From a bacterium (GTDB taxonomy: Bacteria > Zhuqueibacterota > Zhuqueibacteria > Residuimicrobiales > Krinioviventaceae): 64,000 bases of DNA. Below, piece by piece: positions 40,311 to 49,006 of the stretch. The DNA lies in contig OY843751.1 of NCBI GenBank assembly GCA_963693055.1, positions 1,024,001-1,088,000 on the forward strand. Reading direction: 5' to 3'. The first letter of the stretch is position 1; every line of letters starts with the position of its first letter. The notes under the pieces are model-generated. The model saw nothing but the letters and a program-made list of their open reading frames with translations. It was not told where the DNA came from and ran no database searches. The position numbers and the translations under genes are program-made.

Positions 40311-40347
40311 TTATTTTTTTGACAAAATTTTTTAAATTGGAGTGGGA

Positions 40348-40917
40348 ATGAAGAAAATTAATTTTACCAATTTATTGTTTATAATAATTTTTGTTTTAAT
40401 GTCATTTGAAGTTATATACCTCAGTGTACAAAATAAAAAGTTAACGAACCAATTGAACAAGCGAGTTTATGCTACTGAAAGCAAACCCGATTTGCCTGTT
40501 GGCACCCAGTTACCAGATTTGTCATTTACTTTACAAAATCAGGATAGAATTGATTTGTCAGCGCATAATGATAAATACTTTTTTGTGTTTTTCTCAACCC
40601 ACTGTCAAGCTTGTGTACAGGATGCTGATACATGGGAAAATATGAATGAGTTGAATACCAAGAATCAAGTGAAAATGATAGGGATCTGTAAAGGTGATCC
40701 TGATGTAGTAAAAGAATTTATGGCACTGCACAAGCTAAACTTTCCTGTTGTTCCTGATCCTGAAAATGAAATTGTTAATCAATTTGGAATAAAATCATTC
40801 CCCAGCAAATGTCTGGTTGATGAAAATAATAAAGTTGTCTTCTATTCCAGAGGATCCTCAGGGAAAAGAGATTTAGAGCAATTAAAAAAGATTGTACCTG
40901 AATTACAGGCAGGTTAA
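40348..40917 (+). CDS. Membrane-anchored TlpA/AhpC-TSA-like thioredoxin-fold protein
   Basis: N-terminal TM; GTQLPDL; FFSTHCQAC; FGIKSFP cis-Pro loop. Confidence 0.88.
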   Translation: MKKINFTNLLFIIIFVLMSFEVIYLSVQNKKLTNQLNKRVYATESKPDLPVGTQLPDLSFTLQNQDRIDLSAHNDKYFFVFFSTHCQACVQDADTWENMNELNTKNQVKMIGICKGDPDVVKEFMALHKLNFPVVPDPENEIVNQFGIKSFPSKCLVDENNKVVFYSRGSSGKRDLEQLKKIVPELQAG

Positions 40918-40920
40918 GAT

Positions 40921-41550
40921 ATGAAGAAGATAGCGATGAATGCTTTGTTGGTTATTGTATTGCTCGCGGTTGGTATTCACTTTGTTATACAAATCAATAA
41001 CAACAATAACGTTTTGGCTGAAATTGATGATTCGCTCAAGCCCTTGTCATATCAGCAGCAAGTTGATTACATGAAACAGGTTTTTGCTCAGGCGGACTCG
41101 TTTCGTTATATTAAATTCAGGGACCAGTTTTTTTATCATGTCTTTCAGGATACGGTCCCGGTTGGGTATGCTAAAATTATCGACAAGGACCTTGCCTGTT
41201 CTACCTGTCGTGATGTGAGATATTTATGCGCCCTGGACAGTGCCTTGTGTGTTAAAGAGGTTATACTTATCAGTGAATTGGACCAGAAACGTATCTATGA
41301 CAAAATACTCCATTTAGAAGATGGTGTAAACCGAGTGGTTGGGAAAAAAGTTTTTAATATTGTGAATTTGTCTGATTTTGTTTCTCAATTCATCAGCACA
41401 TTACCAAGTGATAAAATTTTTAACAAGGATGCGGAGATTGATGTAATCAGTGGTGCCACCAAGACCAGTCACAGTATGTATGAGGGCATTAGAGAGTTTT
41501 TAGATGAAGCGGCTTATTACTCCAGGCAATATCATGCGCAAAATTTGTGA
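40921..41550 (+). CDS. Membrane-anchored protein with CxxC and FMN-binding (flavinylation) motif
   Basis: N-terminal TM; ACSTCRD; DVISGATKTS matches the D-x-x-[ST]-G-A-[ST] ApbE target motif. Confidence 0.7.
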   Translation: MKKIAMNALLVIVLLAVGIHFVIQINNNNNVLAEIDDSLKPLSYQQQVDYMKQVFAQADSFRYIKFRDQFFYHVFQDTVPVGYAKIIDKDLACSTCRDVRYLCALDSALCVKEVILISELDQKRIYDKILHLEDGVNRVVGKKVFNIVNLSDFVSQFISTLPSDKIFNKDAEIDVISGATKTSHSMYEGIREFLDEAAYYSRQYHAQNL

Positions 41551-41577
41551 TTTTTTATTCCTTTTTAAAAAGATGTT

Positions 41578-41610
41578 TTTGCCTGGCACAACCTGCCAGT
41601 GTCAGGCAAA
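41578..41610 (+). terminator. Hairpin closing the peptide cluster
   Basis: TTTGCCTGGCAC...GTGTCAGGCAAA. Confidence 0.6.
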
Positions 41611-41828
41611 CAGATGTAATTTTTATATAATAAATTATGCATGGATAAATAAAATGTTTGCTTTTGTGCTATAATTATTGTATAATTTCAAAATTGATCC
41701 CAAAGTAAAAATTTTGCAATTTTTTTATACAGTGTGTTTTTGACACAGGGTTTGGTGTGTCTACATGTGCCGGGAAAAGTGTGTTTATCTAATTATTCTT
41801 ATTAACTCATAATTCGAGAGGGTGTATT

Positions 41829-42776
41829 ATGCGTAATTGTTTCATTTCATGTCTGTTACTAGTATTACTTTCAAGTGTAGTTTTTGGCAATGAACAGAAA
41901 TTTGTAGATGATGTAGAGCAGTTTGTAGCACAATTGAATTCCCAGGAACAAGCATTTGAGAAACGCAGTATTCAAACTCAAATGAATATAATTAATGAAC
42001 GTCGAGTTCCTTATGCAATGATCTATGAGCAGACAGGATTGTTTACCTGGCAGCTGTTTTCAAATTGTTTTTTTGATTCTGATGTTGATACAACTACTAC
42101 AGTAAACGTGAATATTGATTACAGACCCACAACTGATCAATTTACTGTAATACCCGCTTATTTTACTTTTACTTCAGAACGTCCCTATGATTCATTGGAT
42201 GATTTTAAAGCTTTTATGATTACAGTCTTTCAGAGTGTAGGGTCCGCTCATTCGGTTTTAATTGATGAAGCCAATAGCAGATATGGATTTACAGGCCATC
42301 ATTATTGCCAGTCATTTTATTCCGGTACAACAAAATTGGTTCTTGATTGTTATTTTGTATATGTTAATGATGTTGCCTGTGCATTTTATTATATGACAGG
42401 TGACTCGTTTTATGACAATGCCTTGTATCAACTCTTTTTTGAATTGATTCTTGATGTGGTTGAATTTCAACAACCAAGTGCAATCAATAACGAATCCTTG
42501 AAAAAACCGGTGAATTTTGACATGTCTCAAAATTACCCGAATCCTTTTAACGCTTGTACCCGGATCCAATACTCTGTCAATGAGCCTACTGATGTAAAAA
42601 TTGAGATTTTTGATGTCAATGGTAGATTAGTACAGACTCTGGTAGACAAGTTTCATTCCCAGGGACAATATGACATTAGCTTTGATGCAAACGATTTGGC
42701 CAGTGGAGTTTATATTTACAGAATTTCTGATATGAACCATGCTTCCCGTGCACATCGGATGATCTTGGTAAAATAA
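41829..42776 (+). CDS. Secreted protein with C-terminal sorting domain
   Basis: Signal peptide; QNYPNPFN...LASGVYIY; N-domain unassigned. Confidence 0.8.
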   Translation: MRNCFISCLLLVLLSSVVFGNEQKFVDDVEQFVAQLNSQEQAFEKRSIQTQMNIINERRVPYAMIYEQTGLFTWQLFSNCFFDSDVDTTTTVNVNIDYRPTTDQFTVIPAYFTFTSERPYDSLDDFKAFMITVFQSVGSAHSVLIDEANSRYGFTGHHYCQSFYSGTTKLVLDCYFVYVNDVACAFYYMTGDSFYDNALYQLFFELILDVVEFQQPSAINNESLKKPVNFDMSQNYPNPFNACTRIQYSVNEPTDVKIEIFDVNGRLVQTLVDKFHSQGQYDISFDANDLASGVYIYRISDMNHASRAHRMILVK

Positions 42777-42789
42777 ATGTGAAATTCAA

Positions 42790-42824
42790 CGTGTCGGAGA
42801 TTAGCTTTACCGATCTCCGACACG
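42790..42824. terminator. Hairpin between convergent genes
   Basis: CGTGTCGGAGAT...ATCTCCGACACG. Confidence 0.8.
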
Positions 42825-42835
42825 ATTATTTTTTA

Positions 42836-44311
42836 TTATCTGGACAATATCTTTTTCTGGTTGGCGGGACGCGGCATGAAAAAGTCGTATTGACCAATAC
42901 CGCATTCCTGAATCATCTCAATGCAATATTCCAGGCGTTTTAATTCTTCCGCATTACGATTGTTGGTGCCCATGGCGAATTTACATCCTGCTGCTTTTGC
43001 TTTTTTAATGAATGTTGCGCTGGGTACGCAGTAGCGGTCATTGATCTCTATGGCAACGTCGTTTTCCAATGCGGCTTTAATCACTTTATCCATGCGGGCA
43101 TCGGTCCACAGTTCATCATAGCGATCACGGATGATCTCGGGCAGTACCGTGGAATTGACATATATGTCGATAGGCTCATGCAATACACCGACTATTTTTT
43201 CCACATACAAGTCCATCCATTTTTGCACATCATCAATTTCTACCTCTTCATTTTTCCAGATGTGGATGCGCTTGCCGCGGTGATCGGTAAAGGTCATGGC
43301 GTCTGAAAAGACATAATCGAATTTGGCAATGGCTTTTTTACTAAACAATTCCATCCACTCGCGGCCTTCGGCCTGCATGCCCAGATACACCGGTTTGTCT
43401 TTCATAGATTCGATGAATTCATAGATACCTTCATCTGTATTGATGGGGAAATCGAGTCCGCAGTTGGGTGCAATACCGTACATGATACCATCACGCATAG
43501 ATTGAGCCAGCGCCATATCCAGGGTAAGGTCTTCTTTTAAATGAACGTGAAAGTCGATAACCGGATAGTTGTCGTGGTTCATGTTGAGGAGTGTGGTGTA
43601 GGTTTCGTCCACAACTGGGGTGACAATTTCACCGGGATCCGCATCGTCCGGTAGTGGTTTGACCATAATGTTTTTATACATGGCTGTGCTGTTGGGATCG
43701 TGACATTGGAACGCGAATGTACCGCTGGAAAGCACGCGACCGGGTTCACTGGGGCGAACCGGATGTTCAGGCTCTACATAGTCTGATACCAGCATATCAT
43801 TGATCCATACCTGAATACGTGGAACAACCACTTTGATACGCATGGTGAACCACTCATCATCATCAATAAACTGTTTAAAAGTATTGCGTACCGCATAGAT
43901 ACTGCCGGTTTTTTTGTATTCGTACCAGGTACCGTCAGCACTGGGCTTTTGTGAATTGTTGACCTGTATCTCATAACCGTGATCAGGCCAGCCATCCTGC
44001 TGATATTTAGAATGCACATAGATACCGGAATTGGAATTGGCGCGGGCCATCACATCGGCCTTGAATTCAAAGTTTTTGAAATTATGTTCCATGACCGGGC
44101 CATCATAAAAGAGATGCGCGCGTGTACCGTTGCATACAATGGCGCCGTTTTCGATTCGGGCCGATTCACTGTTTTCACTTATTTTCCAACCATCAAAAGA
44201 TTCTCCGTCAAACAGGGGAATCCAGTTTTTAGCATCAGGATCACCGCATCCGGAGAAAAAGACCAGGAACGATACTGACAACAAGAGGGGGAGGAGCATC
44301 CGGTATTTCAT
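42836..44311 (-). CDS. DUF1080 domain fused to PHP-like domain, lipoprotein
   Basis: Lipobox FSGC; WIPLFDG..FDGW, NSGIY, YEIQVNN, FAFQCHD; C-domain DFHVH...VAIEIN...FAMGTNN. Confidence 0.82.
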   Translation of the reverse strand: MKYRMLLPLLLSVSFLVFFSGCGDPDAKNWIPLFDGESFDGWKISENSESARIENGAIVCNGTRAHLFYDGPVMEHNFKNFEFKADVMARANSNSGIYVHSKYQQDGWPDHGYEIQVNNSQKPSADGTWYEYKKTGSIYAVRNTFKQFIDDDEWFTMRIKVVVPRIQVWINDMLVSDYVEPEHPVRPSEPGRVLSSGTFAFQCHDPNSTAMYKNIMVKPLPDDADPGEIVTPVVDETYTTLLNMNHDNYPVIDFHVHLKEDLTLDMALAQSMRDGIMYGIAPNCGLDFPINTDEGIYEFIESMKDKPVYLGMQAEGREWMELFSKKAIAKFDYVFSDAMTFTDHRGKRIHIWKNEEVEIDDVQKWMDLYVEKIVGVLHEPIDIYVNSTVLPEIIRDRYDELWTDARMDKVIKAALENDVAIEINDRYCVPSATFIKKAKAAGCKFAMGTNNRNAEELKRLEYCIEMIQECGIGQYDFFMPRPANQKKILSR

Positions 44312-44330
44312 GTTACATTCCTTTCTGTAA

Positions 44331-45275
44331 TTATGAATTGATTAATACCAGCTTGCCGGCAACATGACCAGTCTCAAGCAATGTATGAGCATTGTTTGCG
44401 TTTTGCAAGGTGAATTCTTTTTCTCTATGGATATTAATTCTTTTATCTTCGAACAAGCTTCTAAAAATGTGCAGATCTTTTGCATTGGGAGTGACAACCA
44501 TGCCGACCGCTTTGCGCCCCAATTCTTTTGCTTTGATAGTAACCGCTTGTGTGGATATGGTAGGGAGACAAACCAATAAGCCATTTGGGGCCAGGCATTC
44601 AAGTGAGCGAAAACCGGTTTCTCCGCCAACAGCGTCTATGATCAAATCCATTTCTTTAGCGATCTCGGTAAAATCCTCTTTTATATAATCGATACACCGA
44701 TCAACACCTAGTGAATAAAGCAATTCGTGGTGATTGGCAGATGCGGTTGCGGTTACATGAGCATTTTGAGCTTTGGCAAACTGTACGGCAAGATGCCCAA
44801 CGCCGCCGGCGGCTGCGTGTATTAGCACATTTTGTCCGGATTGTAAATGTCCTGTGTTGTGCAGGGCCTGCCATGCAGTTAATCCTGCCAGGGGAACACC
44901 GGCAGCCTCAGACCATGATATTGTAGAGGGCTTTATAGCAATTTCATTGGGATACACTATAGCATAATCCGCATATGCACCGGCACGGTTCAGAGCAATC
45001 ATGCCGTAAACCTCATCACCCGGTTTGAATTGGGAAATGGAATCTCCGCACTGCTCTACAGTTCCTGCCAGGTCGTATCCCGGTGTCCAGGGTAGGTGGT
45101 CTTTGATCTTTTGCGCTATGAATCCCAGTCCCTTACGGGTTTTCCAGTCGATGGGATTAATACCCGCGGCATGGACTTGCACCAAAATCTGATCGTGATT
45201 GATTTGTGGTTTTTCTACCTCCTGGTATACTAGAACAGATGGGGGGCCGAATGCTGTAATTTGAACGGCTTTCAT
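44331..45275 (-). CDS. NADP-dependent MDR-family oxidoreductase (quinone reductase-like)
   Basis: AAGINPIDWK; GYDLAG; PLAGLTAWQAL; IHAAAGGVG. Confidence 0.92.
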   Translation of the reverse strand: MKAVQITAFGPPSVLVYQEVEKPQINHDQILVQVHAAGINPIDWKTRKGLGFIAQKIKDHLPWTPGYDLAGTVEQCGDSISQFKPGDEVYGMIALNRAGAYADYAIVYPNEIAIKPSTISWSEAAGVPLAGLTAWQALHNTGHLQSGQNVLIHAAAGGVGHLAVQFAKAQNAHVTATASANHHELLYSLGVDRCIDYIKEDFTEIAKEMDLIIDAVGGETGFRSLECLAPNGLLVCLPTISTQAVTIKAKELGRKAVGMVVTPNAKDLHIFRSLFEDKRINIHREKEFTLQNANNAHTLLETGHVAGKLVLINS

Positions 45276-45282
45276 TTTTTCC

Positions 45283-47430
45283 TTATTTTAATAGCAAACA
45301 TTTTTTTATATCAGTGGCATTCTCTGTTTCGAGTTTGTAAAAATAAACGCCGCTGGGAAGATTTTTTGCGTTAATGGTTAATTTGTGATTTCCCGTGGAT
45401 TGTACTCCGCTGTATAATTTTTGTACCAGTTGTCCGTTTGTGTTGTACAAAGAAATCGAAATAAACTGTTTTTGTAGCAAGTCATATTCAATAACCGTTT
45501 CTGGATTAAAGGGATTAGGATAGTTTTGTTTTAATAGAAATTCCATGGGAACTGGTTCCGAAGGATTTTCTGAAATGGCAGTTGTTGGATCATATTTTAT
45601 AAACCAAAGACCGGTTTCCCTATTGAGAATACCAATTAAGTCATCCTGAATGGCTAATTTTCTTGCTTCATCATTATTATCAAAAGAGCCTGTTGATTCC
45701 AGGTTGTTACTATCATTCAAGTCAAAAATGTTTAATGCGATTGATGTACTTGCAGTATAAAGTGAATTGTTTAATATCTCCATTTCAAAAATATAGTTTC
45801 TATAGCTGACAGCATGAGATTCAGTTATTGCTGCAGGATTTGTTATATCAATATATCGGACATAGCGTGAATAATCATAAGTGATTATATAATTTTCAAA
45901 AAAAGTGAGTGCCGATATACGATTGGGGGTTGTAAATGAATCCACTTTAACCGGGTTCAAATAATCTGACAGGTCAAACAGGTATAACCCGTTAGATCCT
46001 TCAAGCGTTGCAAGATATGGAACAGAATATTCGAATCCATCTATACTATTGTTTGTGCTAAAGGAACTGATCTCAACAAGTGATGTGGGATCAGAAATGT
46101 CGATGATACGAATATATCTGTCATTTGTTGCCACTATGATTTTGTCATTTTCTACATGTAAATATTCGCAAGAGTAGGATGAATCCAGTTTTCCTATAAC
46201 CTGTGGATTTTGTTTGTTTGATGTGTTCAGTATATATAAACCGGCATAAGACATGGCAATATATACCGTGTCATTTTTTACTTCAAGATCCGTTGCGTAA
46301 CAATGGTCCTGGCGCCAGGTAGATAATAATTGAGGATCTGACGGATTTGTTATATCGATAATTCGTAAACCATGATGTGAATTGGCAATATATGCGTAAT
46401 TGCCTTCTATTTCAATTTCCTGTAATCTGCCACCCGGTTCAATTATAGAGGGTGTCATAGAACCCATTTCAGCGTCCGGATCGAATTCGAACAGATACAC
46501 ATCGCCACCATTGTCTGCTATAATTACTTTTTCAGATGTAGCAGTTACAAAAAATGTGTTATCTGGTGTATAGTAATAATTTACCATTTCACAATTATGG
46601 GGATCAGAGATATCCCATATATCCAGCCCGTTTGAGCTGGCGACGATAGATATAAAATTGTCATGAATAAACATTTCATGTACTACGCTGCCGGTATACA
46701 TTGTATCAATAATAACAGGATTTTCAATGTCTGTTATATCATAAACGAATACATTGCCACCGCAGCCCGTATATAGAAAATTATCTTTAACATCAACAGC
46801 ATTATTTTTCCCATCAAGTGGAATATTGATCACCTCAAACATATTGGCAGGATCTGCAATATTGTATATAGTTGTTCCATCATTATAACCGGTTGTAAAA
46901 CAATAATCACCAGCTATATGAAAATCCTGGCAATAATGTGCATCTAATACCGAGATCAAGGTGGGCTCACTTTTATTACTAATATCCAGAGCTGTTATGT
47001 CGTTTGTAATGAGAAAAACAACATTGTCTTTAACACAAAGGTCTTGCACTTCATAGGTTTCATCGTTTCCCGGATATCTGGAGATTTCTGTTGGATTCAC
47101 CGGATCTGAAACATCAATAATGATCAGACCCTCTTTATAATTTCCAATGAATGCGGTCTGGTCCTGAACTTGAATGGCATTAATGATTCCTTTTGTTACT
47201 ACCTCGGAAATCAAAACCGGATTCTGTACGTCTGATATTTCATAAATCTGCAGGGTTCTTCCGTTTGCCATGAACAATGTATCGCCAGTTGCATAAACTG
47301 CTTCGCACAAACCATATGGCCATTCACCTAATAATGTACAATTTAAATTATCCTGTGGATTTGCGGAAACAGGTGCCCAAAAGCTTGAAAGAATTATAAA
47401 GAGGAGAATATAGTAAACATAATGTTTCAT
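45283..47430 (-). CDS. LVIVD-repeat secreted protein with C-terminal sorting domain
   Basis: Repeated GLxI(I/W)D(V/I)SDP motifs; QNYPNPFNP...SGVYFY. Confidence 0.88.
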   Translation of the reverse strand: MKHYVYYILLFIILSSFWAPVSANPQDNLNCTLLGEWPYGLCEAVYATGDTLFMANGRTLQIYEISDVQNPVLISEVVTKGIINAIQVQDQTAFIGNYKEGLIIIDVSDPVNPTEISRYPGNDETYEVQDLCVKDNVVFLITNDITALDISNKSEPTLISVLDAHYCQDFHIAGDYCFTTGYNDGTTIYNIADPANMFEVINIPLDGKNNAVDVKDNFLYTGCGGNVFVYDITDIENPVIIDTMYTGSVVHEMFIHDNFISIVASSNGLDIWDISDPHNCEMVNYYYTPDNTFFVTATSEKVIIADNGGDVYLFEFDPDAEMGSMTPSIIEPGGRLQEIEIEGNYAYIANSHHGLRIIDITNPSDPQLLSTWRQDHCYATDLEVKNDTVYIAMSYAGLYILNTSNKQNPQVIGKLDSSYSCEYLHVENDKIIVATNDRYIRIIDISDPTSLVEISSFSTNNSIDGFEYSVPYLATLEGSNGLYLFDLSDYLNPVKVDSFTTPNRISALTFFENYIITYDYSRYVRYIDITNPAAITESHAVSYRNYIFEMEILNNSLYTASTSIALNIFDLNDSNNLESTGSFDNNDEARKLAIQDDLIGILNRETGLWFIKYDPTTAISENPSEPVPMEFLLKQNYPNPFNPETVIEYDLLQKQFISISLYNTNGQLVQKLYSGVQSTGNHKLTINAKNLPSGVYFYKLETENATDIKKCLLLK

Positions 47431-47503
47431 AATTGACCCCTTTTATTTGTTTGATAATACAGTATTAATACAATATACATATTACTGGTGCAGAGTCAAG
47501 AAA

Positions 47504-47534
47504 AAACTGATCTAAATACAATTTAGATCAGTTT
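47504..47534 (-). terminator. Terminator after the GH16 gene
   Basis: AAACTGATCTAAAT-ACA-ATTTAGATCAGTTT. Confidence 0.7.
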
Positions 47535-47566
47535 GAATTGTATGATACTAAAAGCGGTATTAGGGG

Positions 47567-48355
47567 TTATTTGTCTTGTTGATAGACTCTTACATAATCT
47601 ATATAATATTTTTGTGGAAAAATTGAATCGTCAATACCTTCACGTCCGCCCCAGGCACCGCCAATAGCAAGATTAAGCAACAGATATTGAGGTTTGTCAA
47701 ACGGCCAGGTTTTCCAGTCTCCTTTTCTATCATTCTCATAGGTGAACAGGGTATCATCATCCACAAAGAATACCAGCTTTTCAGGCGTCCATTCGAGTGC
47801 ATACGTGTAAAATTGATCATAAGGAGTGGTATATTCTTTACGGTTGCCCTTGCCAGTGCCAATTGTATGATTATTGGTCTTGGTATGAACATTGGCGTGG
47901 ATATTTTCGGGGGCATAGCCCACGTTTTCCATGATATCGATCTCACCGCAACTTGGCCAGCCGACATATGTAAGGTTTGTGCCCAGCATCCATATGGCAG
48001 GCCAGGTTCCTTTACCGGTGGGGAGTTTGGCCCTGATCTCGAACCGTCCATAGGTCCATGATTGAGTATAGCGGGTGTTGATACTTGCCGAGGTGTATTC
48101 CATATCTTTGAACGGCTCTTTATGGGCTTCAATTACAAGAAATCCATCCTCAACCCTTGCGTTTTTCAGACGGTGCTTGGTATAGTATTGTTTTTCCTGG
48201 TTGCGAACATATCCTGATTCATAATTCCACTTTGCGGGATCAGGCAGCCCTTTATAATCAAATTCATCACTCCAGACGAGCTTCCAATCTTGAGCAAAGG
48301 AGGGGAGTATTGAACAAAATAATAAAAAGACCATGGAATATTTAACAATTTTCAT
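47567..48355 (-). CDS. Glycoside hydrolase family 16 (laminarinase-like)
   Basis: WKLVWSDEF; GTWPAIWMLG; WPSCGEIDIME catalytic motif; YIDYVRVYQ. Confidence 0.95.
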   Translation of the reverse strand: MKIVKYSMVFLLFCSILPSFAQDWKLVWSDEFDYKGLPDPAKWNYESGYVRNQEKQYYTKHRLKNARVEDGFLVIEAHKEPFKDMEYTSASINTRYTQSWTYGRFEIRAKLPTGKGTWPAIWMLGTNLTYVGWPSCGEIDIMENVGYAPENIHANVHTKTNNHTIGTGKGNRKEYTTPYDQFYTYALEWTPEKLVFFVDDDTLFTYENDRKGDWKTWPFDKPQYLLLNLAIGGAWGGREGIDDSIFPQKYYIDYVRVYQQDK

Positions 48356-48943
48356 CTAAACTCCTCTGAATTTGGGTAGAATGTTTTGTTCAATATAAAA
48401 GACAACTTTATCCTTTGTAGGGAAAAAAAGATAGACAAAGATAAAAAAGAAGATAGAAGGTAAAAGTAGAAACCAATAAATATTCACTTTCCGCATTAAA
48501 TCCGCAAATACACCCGTCAAAAAGCTGGTTATACCTAATAATGCTATACCTTCGAGTATAGCTAATTTGAAAATCAAGAGTGTGCGATATTGAATAAGCA
48601 GGATATCAACAGGATTTTCTATTCTGTTTCCTTGTGTATCTCTGTAACCTTGTTTGTGGATTTTGGCTATTCTACCGGGTGAAAGAAAGATTTTATGAAT
48701 AGAAAATACAAGCGGAAAACCTATTATCATTAGCGCAAATACCATAATTAGGAAAATATTCAGCACTTTATAATCTGCGCCGCCTGTTCCGCTGTTGCTG
48801 CCAAAGTAATTTAGATACATGGTAGAAACTAAAAGAATGAGTACACCCATTAGCATAGATATATTGATTATTCTCATCTGCCGGATTTCAACGTCCGAGA
48901 TTTTCTGTTCAAGCTGAATTGTAGATATGTTTGTGAAATCCAT
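48356..48943 (-). CDS. Hypothetical membrane protein (4 TM)
   Basis: Four hydrophobic segments; abuts the GH16 gene. Confidence 0.7.
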   Translation of the reverse strand: MDFTNISTIQLEQKISDVEIRQMRIINISMLMGVLILLVSTMYLNYFGSNSGTGGADYKVLNIFLIMVFALMIIGFPLVFSIHKIFLSPGRIAKIHKQGYRDTQGNRIENPVDILLIQYRTLLIFKLAILEGIALLGITSFLTGVFADLMRKVNIYWFLLLPSIFFFIFVYLFFPTKDKVVFYIEQNILPKFRGV

Positions 48944-48969
48944 TTAGACCCCTCTAATAATGAATAATG

Positions 48970-48993
48970 GGGGCTGTTTTTTTTAACAGCCCC
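48970..48993 (-). terminator. Hairpin after the sugar porter gene
   Basis: GGGGCTGTT...AACAGCCCC. Confidence 0.6.
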
Positions 48994-49006
48994 TGAATTG
49001 TTAAAT

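Noticed and set aside
36552-41550. Methylamine dehydrogenase (mau) cluster
   Set aside because: Only an architectural analogy: the peptides lack a Tat signal and the MauA Cys/Trp pattern, and there is no MauG or MauE.
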